Below are positions 59,829 to 64,000 of a stretch of DNA of 64,000 nucleotides, in pieces. The stretch is taken from NCBI GenBank assembly GCA_902635845.1, contig CACPPK010000002.1, positions 18,713-82,712 of the forward strand, written 5' to 3'. A model generated the notes under the pieces. That model was not told the DNA's origin. It made no database searches and saw only the letters and a list, made by a program, of their open reading frames with translations. Source of the stretch: an uncultured Pelagibacteraceae bacterium. GTDB lineage: Bacteria; Pseudomonadota; Alphaproteobacteria; Pelagibacterales; Pelagibacteraceae. A program made the translations under genes and the position numbers. Numbering within the stretch: the first letter of the stretch is position 1; every line of letters begins with the position of its first letter.

Positions 59829-60640
59829 TCAAGTTGATCTAAAAATTCATCAAATTGTTTTTTTTCTAAATTAGAAGATTGTTTTTTTCCTGGAAATTTT
59901 CCATTCATTGAATCTTTTTTAAAACTCTTAAGAGCTTTTACTCTTTCTAGTTTTATTTCATTTCTAAGTCTCAATAAATTTCCATATGCTTTTGAATGTC
60001 TTGGGGGATTTTCTGTATCGCCACAGATATCTTCCATAAATAAATACATTACATCAGCGTTTTTACCTGAGCCTAATGAAACAGTAACTATATCTGTACG
60101 CTTGGAAATTTCACCCATTACATTTTCAGGTATTACTTCACACTCAGCTGAAAAAGCACCTGCATCTTCCAATCTTTTAAACTTTTGAAATAGTTCGTAT
60201 GCTTCATCAGCAGTTTTACCCACAGCTCTTAAGCCACCAATCCAAGTAGATTTTCTTGGAACTAAACCTAAATGCCCCATTACTGGAACATCTTCTTTAG
60301 CCAGCATTTCAACTATATCCATACTTCTTGGTGTCATAACTGCATCCGCACCATTCTCCAATGCTTTAAAAGCTCCACGCATAATATCCTCTGCAGTTAC
60401 AAACTCATTTAAAACTAAAGCAGCTGTTAAAAATAAATTTTTTGAACCTTCTCTTACAGGAATTACATTTTTTGCATTTGATATAATCATATCAAATCCT
60501 GCCTTTTCAGCTGCCTCGGCTTCTTCAATACTATTCGCTGTAACTTGTGTAAATTTTCTTTTTCCTTTTGCTGCTTTTAAATCCCCAACAGTCAAAGTTC
60601 GTTTTGCCGGTTTAGCAGCCCAAGTATAGATATTCTTCAT
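59825..60640 (-). CDS. Divergent PanB-fold protein (ketopantoate hydroxymethyltransferase-like)
   Basis: PVMGHLGLVP, GGLRAVGKTA and LEDAGAFSAECEVIP are present; the GDS and DxP metal ligands are missing. Confidence 0.8.
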   Translation of the reverse strand: MKNIYTWAAKPAKRTLTVGDLKAAKGKRKFTQVTANSIEEAEAAEKAGFDMIISNAKNVIPVREGSKNLFLTAALVLNEFVTAEDIMRGAFKALENGADAVMTPRSMDIVEMLAKEDVPVMGHLGLVPRKSTWIGGLRAVGKTADEAYELFQKFKRLEDAGAFSAECEVIPENVMGEISKRTDIVTVSLGSGKNADVMYLFMEDICGDTENPPRHSKAYGNLLRLRNEIKLERVKALKSFKKDSMNGKFPGKKQSSNLEKKQFDEFLDQLD

Positions 60641-61056
60641 TATTTAACACCTTTATAAAGAATATCTCTCCTATCAATAAATTCCTCAAAAGTTTTAATG
60701 GTAATTACTGAAGGTAATATAAATATAGATCTTTTATCTCGCTCATTTCTTATAATTCTAAAATATCCTTTTTTAATTGCTGTATCGATATAAACGTTTG
60801 AGGTTAAATATGATTTCTCTATCACTTTAAGTAATTGATTTTTTGTAATTGATTTATTTTTGTAATAAGCAAGCATCACCATATGCAACATTATCCAATG
60901 TTGTGGGGTTAAAGAAAACCAATTCAATAACTCGTTAGCTAATCTTCCTTCAAAATCTCCAAGTGATATTTCTGCTAATTGAATTCTTTTTTGAGTAAGT
61001 TTTGGAATTTTTTTTTGTTCTTCGAAGTGCTTAGGATACTTGAACTGTCTTTTCAT
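60640..61056 (-). CDS. Winged-helix (MarR-like) hypothetical protein
   Basis: HTH-like helices followed by a DKRS wing motif. Confidence 0.55.
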   Translation of the reverse strand: MKRQFKYPKHFEEQKKIPKLTQKRIQLAEISLGDFEGRLANELLNWFSLTPQHWIMLHMVMLAYYKNKSITKNQLLKVIEKSYLTSNVYIDTAIKKGYFRIIRNERDKRSIFILPSVITIKTFEEFIDRRDILYKGVK

Positions 61057-61084
61057 TTAAATAAATTTAAACTCATTGAGTTTT

Positions 61085-62011
61085 CTATTCAATACTATTT
61101 TTACTTAATAGTTCTTTATAAATGTTATTTACTCTATGAACCTCAGTAGCAGTATTAAAATAACCTTCATATTCTATTTCTTCAGGCGTGACATCAAAAT
61201 GATAGTGTCCAGCGTCTTTATCATGTTCATAAGAATGAAAGTGAGTATGTTCACCAGACTCTCTTAAATTTAATTCCCCTCCAGTAGGATCTCCAGTCCA
61301 AAGAACTGTATAACACTGTAACTTTGGACCAACAGGTTCATAAAATTGAAGAAAATCTTTTACACACTTCATTTGTTTTGGATCATAGTATTCATGTTTG
61401 ATATCTTTATAATCTGGTTGAACATGGGATCTTACTTTTCCCTCTAGAATTCTAAATACACCAGCAAGAGCAATATGTTCATTTGGTTTAAGATTTAAAT
61501 TATTTGACAATGAAGACCTCATTGCTTGTGGTAATGAAGCTTGATCTCCTGATCTTCCTTTGATTTTTATTTTAATTACTTTTCCTTGTTTACCATCAGT
61601 ATAATAAATGTTTCCAAGTCCACCATGTTTTCTTGCGCTATATTTTTCAACAATACATTTTTTATCAGGACTTACTCTTGCAATTATAGATCTAGACTCA
61701 TCAGTAACTAAATTTTCATTAATTACTAATTCACCACAGTGACCATCCAAACACGACATTGCACCAGATCCTGCACCTAAAGCATAAGATTTTTCTGATC
61801 CGATCATTTTTGAAATTTCTTCGTAATCAAATTCTGCACCAATAAAATTAGGATCATGCATGTATGGCTCTCCACCAACATCTATGATTTTTTGGTTGCC
61901 GCTTATTCCTTCAGATGGACAATCCCATTCACGAAGATTAGGACAATCTACAACTTCTACTTCAACATTTTTAAAATTTTCTGAAAGTCCTTTTTCTATT
62001 TTTAATTGCAT
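61085..62011 (-). CDS. DUF1907 / C11orf54 (PTD012)-like zinc protein
   Basis: NFKNVEVEVVDCPNL, DVGG and the zinc triad HTHFHS...GHYHFD..PEEIEYEGYF. Confidence 0.85.
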   Translation of the reverse strand: MQLKIEKGLSENFKNVEVEVVDCPNLREWDCPSEGISGNQKIIDVGGEPYMHDPNFIGAEFDYEEISKMIGSEKSYALGAGSGAMSCLDGHCGELVINENLVTDESRSIIARVSPDKKCIVEKYSARKHGGLGNIYYTDGKQGKVIKIKIKGRSGDQASLPQAMRSSLSNNLNLKPNEHIALAGVFRILEGKVRSHVQPDYKDIKHEYYDPKQMKCVKDFLQFYEPVGPKLQCYTVLWTGDPTGGELNLRESGEHTHFHSYEHDKDAGHYHFDVTPEEIEYEGYFNTATEVHRVNNIYKELLSKNSIE

Positions 62012-62099
62012 GGTGATAATAAGCTATAATTTATTTTGCATATTGTCTATAGATAATATATATAATTTCTATACATAAATAATTTTAAAAAAGGTAACG

Positions 62100-63044
62100 A
62101 TGATAAATAAAGATTTAAAAGTAGCTGTATTAGGTGCAGGTGCTATGGGATGTCTATTTGGAGGATTGCTAGCTGAAAAAGGTTTGAATGTAACTTTAAT
62201 TGACGTTTGGAAAGAACATGTTGATGCAATTAACAAAGTTGGTTTGAAAATGGATGGTTATGGAGGAGATCGTATAATTAAAGTAAAAGCTACTTCAGAT
62301 CCATCATCGTTAGATAAAATGGATGCAGTGATTGTTATGTGTAAAGCAACTGCATTAGAACCAGCATTAAACAGTATTAAAAATATTATTGGTAAAAAAA
62401 CAGTCTTCATGTCATTTCAAAATGGAATTGGTCATGAAGCAATAATTCAAAGTATTGTTGGAAATGAAAAGGTAATCGGCGGAACAACAACGCAAGCTTC
62501 AAATATTTTAGGACCAGGTCATATAATGAACCACGGCGCATTGCCTTCATGGATTGGTGAATATGAAGGAGGAATAACAGAGAGAATTACAGAAATAGCT
62601 GACACTTTTACTGCACACAATTTAGAAATGATTGCAGCTGAAGATGTAAAAAAAAGAAAATGGATGAAGCTTTTTGCTCTAACGGCAATTGGTCCTCTTT
62701 CAGCTATATTTGATCTACATCACACCGATCTTTACGTAAACAATAAGGCTAATGACGTCTCAAGAGGACTTGGTAAAGAAATCATTTTAGAGACAAGAGA
62801 AGTGGCACTAGCTGATGGTGTAAATGTGTCTGAAGATGAATGCTTATTTATGTTCAATAAAATTGTAGATTCAATGCAAACTAACAAGTCATCTATGGCT
62901 TTTGACGTTCAATACAAGAGAAAAACCGAAATAGATTTTATTAGTGGTGCAGTTTCAAAAATAGGTAAAAAACATGGTGTAAAAACACCTTTAAATGATC
63001 TTATGTATAAAATGATTAAAGTAAAAGAAGGTATGTACAGCTAA
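62100..63044 (+). CDS. panE: Ketopantoate reductase family protein
   Basis: GAGAMG, QNGIG, W.K, SSM..D and TEIDFISG. Confidence 0.85.
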   Translation: MINKDLKVAVLGAGAMGCLFGGLLAEKGLNVTLIDVWKEHVDAINKVGLKMDGYGGDRIIKVKATSDPSSLDKMDAVIVMCKATALEPALNSIKNIIGKKTVFMSFQNGIGHEAIIQSIVGNEKVIGGTTTQASNILGPGHIMNHGALPSWIGEYEGGITERITEIADTFTAHNLEMIAAEDVKKRKWMKLFALTAIGPLSAIFDLHHTDLYVNNKANDVSRGLGKEIILETREVALADGVNVSEDECLFMFNKIVDSMQTNKSSMAFDVQYKRKTEIDFISGAVSKIGKKHGVKTPLNDLMYKMIKVKEGMYS

Positions 63045-63914
63045 ATGCTCAGTACAAATAAATTAAAAAAAATCAAAAGTAACTTTCCTGTTTTAGTTGG
63101 AGACAACGTTGTTTCGAAAAAAATCTGTAATTTATTAATTAAAGAAATAAGCAACTCAAAATCATTTGATGATATGATTATGGGGGGTAGAAGCAGGATT
63201 AACAAAGGTTCTAAAAATTTTAATTTATATATTAAAAATTCAGTTAACTCTGCAAAACTTTTTAAGCTTTTTAATAGTAAATCTTTTTATAAAAAAATTG
63301 AAAATCTTTTCACAAAAAATTTTAAGGATGGATCATGGGTAAATTTACACAAACCAAAATCATTTAATCCTAAAAAGTTCACTATTAAAAAAAAATTAAA
63401 TTCTAGTGAATTAAAAAAAATGTTGGGTAACAATTATACTAGTCCTAAAGTAAATTTAGATATAGACTTTTCGGTATCAAAGGGAGGGTATAGATTAAGA
63501 CCTCATCGAGACGATATAACTAGATTATACAATTTCTTAATTTATTTAACAGATATTCCAAAAAAAAATGGAGGCTCACTTACAATTTATAGAAAAAAAT
63601 CTAAAAAAAATTTAAGGAAAAGTTTCAGAAGATTTCCAAAAATGAGTGAACTTGAAATAGTCAAATCATTTACACCCAAAAAAGGAACAGTTGTTTTTTT
63701 CCAATCTACTCCAAATTCCTATCATGGAGTAAAGCGGTTTGTAGAAAAAAATTGTCCAAGGCGTTTTTTTATTTATGGAAGTTATGCCTTAAATAAACCG
63801 GTTATATGGAATTACAAAGCGATTTCATATTATCCGCACATAATTAGCACCAAAAAAAGAATGTTAACCTCTTTTCATGATGCGAACTATTTAACCACAG
63901 CACCAAAACATTGA
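63045..63914 (+). CDS. 2OG-Fe(II) oxygenase family protein
   Basis: HxD (PHRD), LIYL, GGSL, SYHGV and a downstream R. Confidence 0.8.
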   Translation: MLSTNKLKKIKSNFPVLVGDNVVSKKICNLLIKEISNSKSFDDMIMGGRSRINKGSKNFNLYIKNSVNSAKLFKLFNSKSFYKKIENLFTKNFKDGSWVNLHKPKSFNPKKFTIKKKLNSSELKKMLGNNYTSPKVNLDIDFSVSKGGYRLRPHRDDITRLYNFLIYLTDIPKKNGGSLTIYRKKSKKNLRKSFRRFPKMSELEIVKSFTPKKGTVVFFQSTPNSYHGVKRFVEKNCPRRFFIYGSYALNKPVIWNYKAISYYPHIISTKKRMLTSFHDANYLTTAPKH

Positions 63915-63945
63915 AATATTGTTAATGATAAAATAAATTTTACTG

Positions 63946-64000
63946 ATGACAAATAGTCTTCAAAAAAAATTATATGAGAATGGGTACTTGATTGTTAAAA
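63946..64000 (+). CDS. Partial CDS (3'-truncated), PhyH-like dioxygenase N-terminus
   Basis: MTNSLQKKLYENGYLIVK...; only 18 codons are visible. Confidence 0.45.
   Translation, partial: MTNSLQKKLYENGYLIVK

Noticed and set aside
47845-62075. TATATATAAT-N-TCTAT-like strings in three island intergenic regions (~47847, ~57528, ~62057)
   Set aside because: Low-complexity AT sequence containing a -10 box; expected by chance at this base composition.
41590-64000. Island as a prophage or integrative mobile element
   Set aside because: No integrase, transposase, tRNA anchor or flanking direct repeats seen.

Overview
AT-rich (roughly 30% GC by eye), very densely packed bacterial chromosome segment. 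Gene content and streamlining suggest Pelagibacterales (SAR11); this is an inference. No rRNA, tRNA, CRISPR array or mobile element was seen. There are three blocks. (1) ~1-14.8 kb is an organosulfonate-to-sulfate cluster: a GMC and an SDR dehydrogenase, an FAD oxidoreductase, xsc, suyAB, two sulfite/sulfate exporters and aprMBA. No ATP sulfurylase is present, but a HIT-family gene sits directly upstream of aprM. (2) ~14.8-41.5 kb is mostly housekeeping: pabBA(C), metC, mnmA, cysQ, recX, bcp, amtB, hup, rseP, tesA/ybbAP and ABC-2 genes. It also holds several small ORFs missed by the track, structured RNA on both sides of amtB, and a variant TPP riboswitch before a ThiV-like sodium:solute symporter. 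(3) ~41.6-64 kb is a sugar/cyclitol/sugar-acid catabolic island: ABC and tripartite tricarboxylate transporters, iolD without iolBCE, two XylB-type dehydrogenases, a PdxA-family enzyme, an alpha-KGSA-type aldehyde dehydrogenase, an aldolase, a PanB-fold protein lacking its metal ligands, a C11orf54/DUF1907 homolog and PanE. The best leads for undescribed biology are the unusual catabolic pathway in block 3, the Sat-independent Apr+HIT sulfite route, a putative amtB 3'-UTR sRNA with anti-SD loops, the riboswitch lacking its pyrophosphate sensor, and a 27-aa highly basic peptide. All functional calls come from motif recognition and recalled family sequences; no database search was run.
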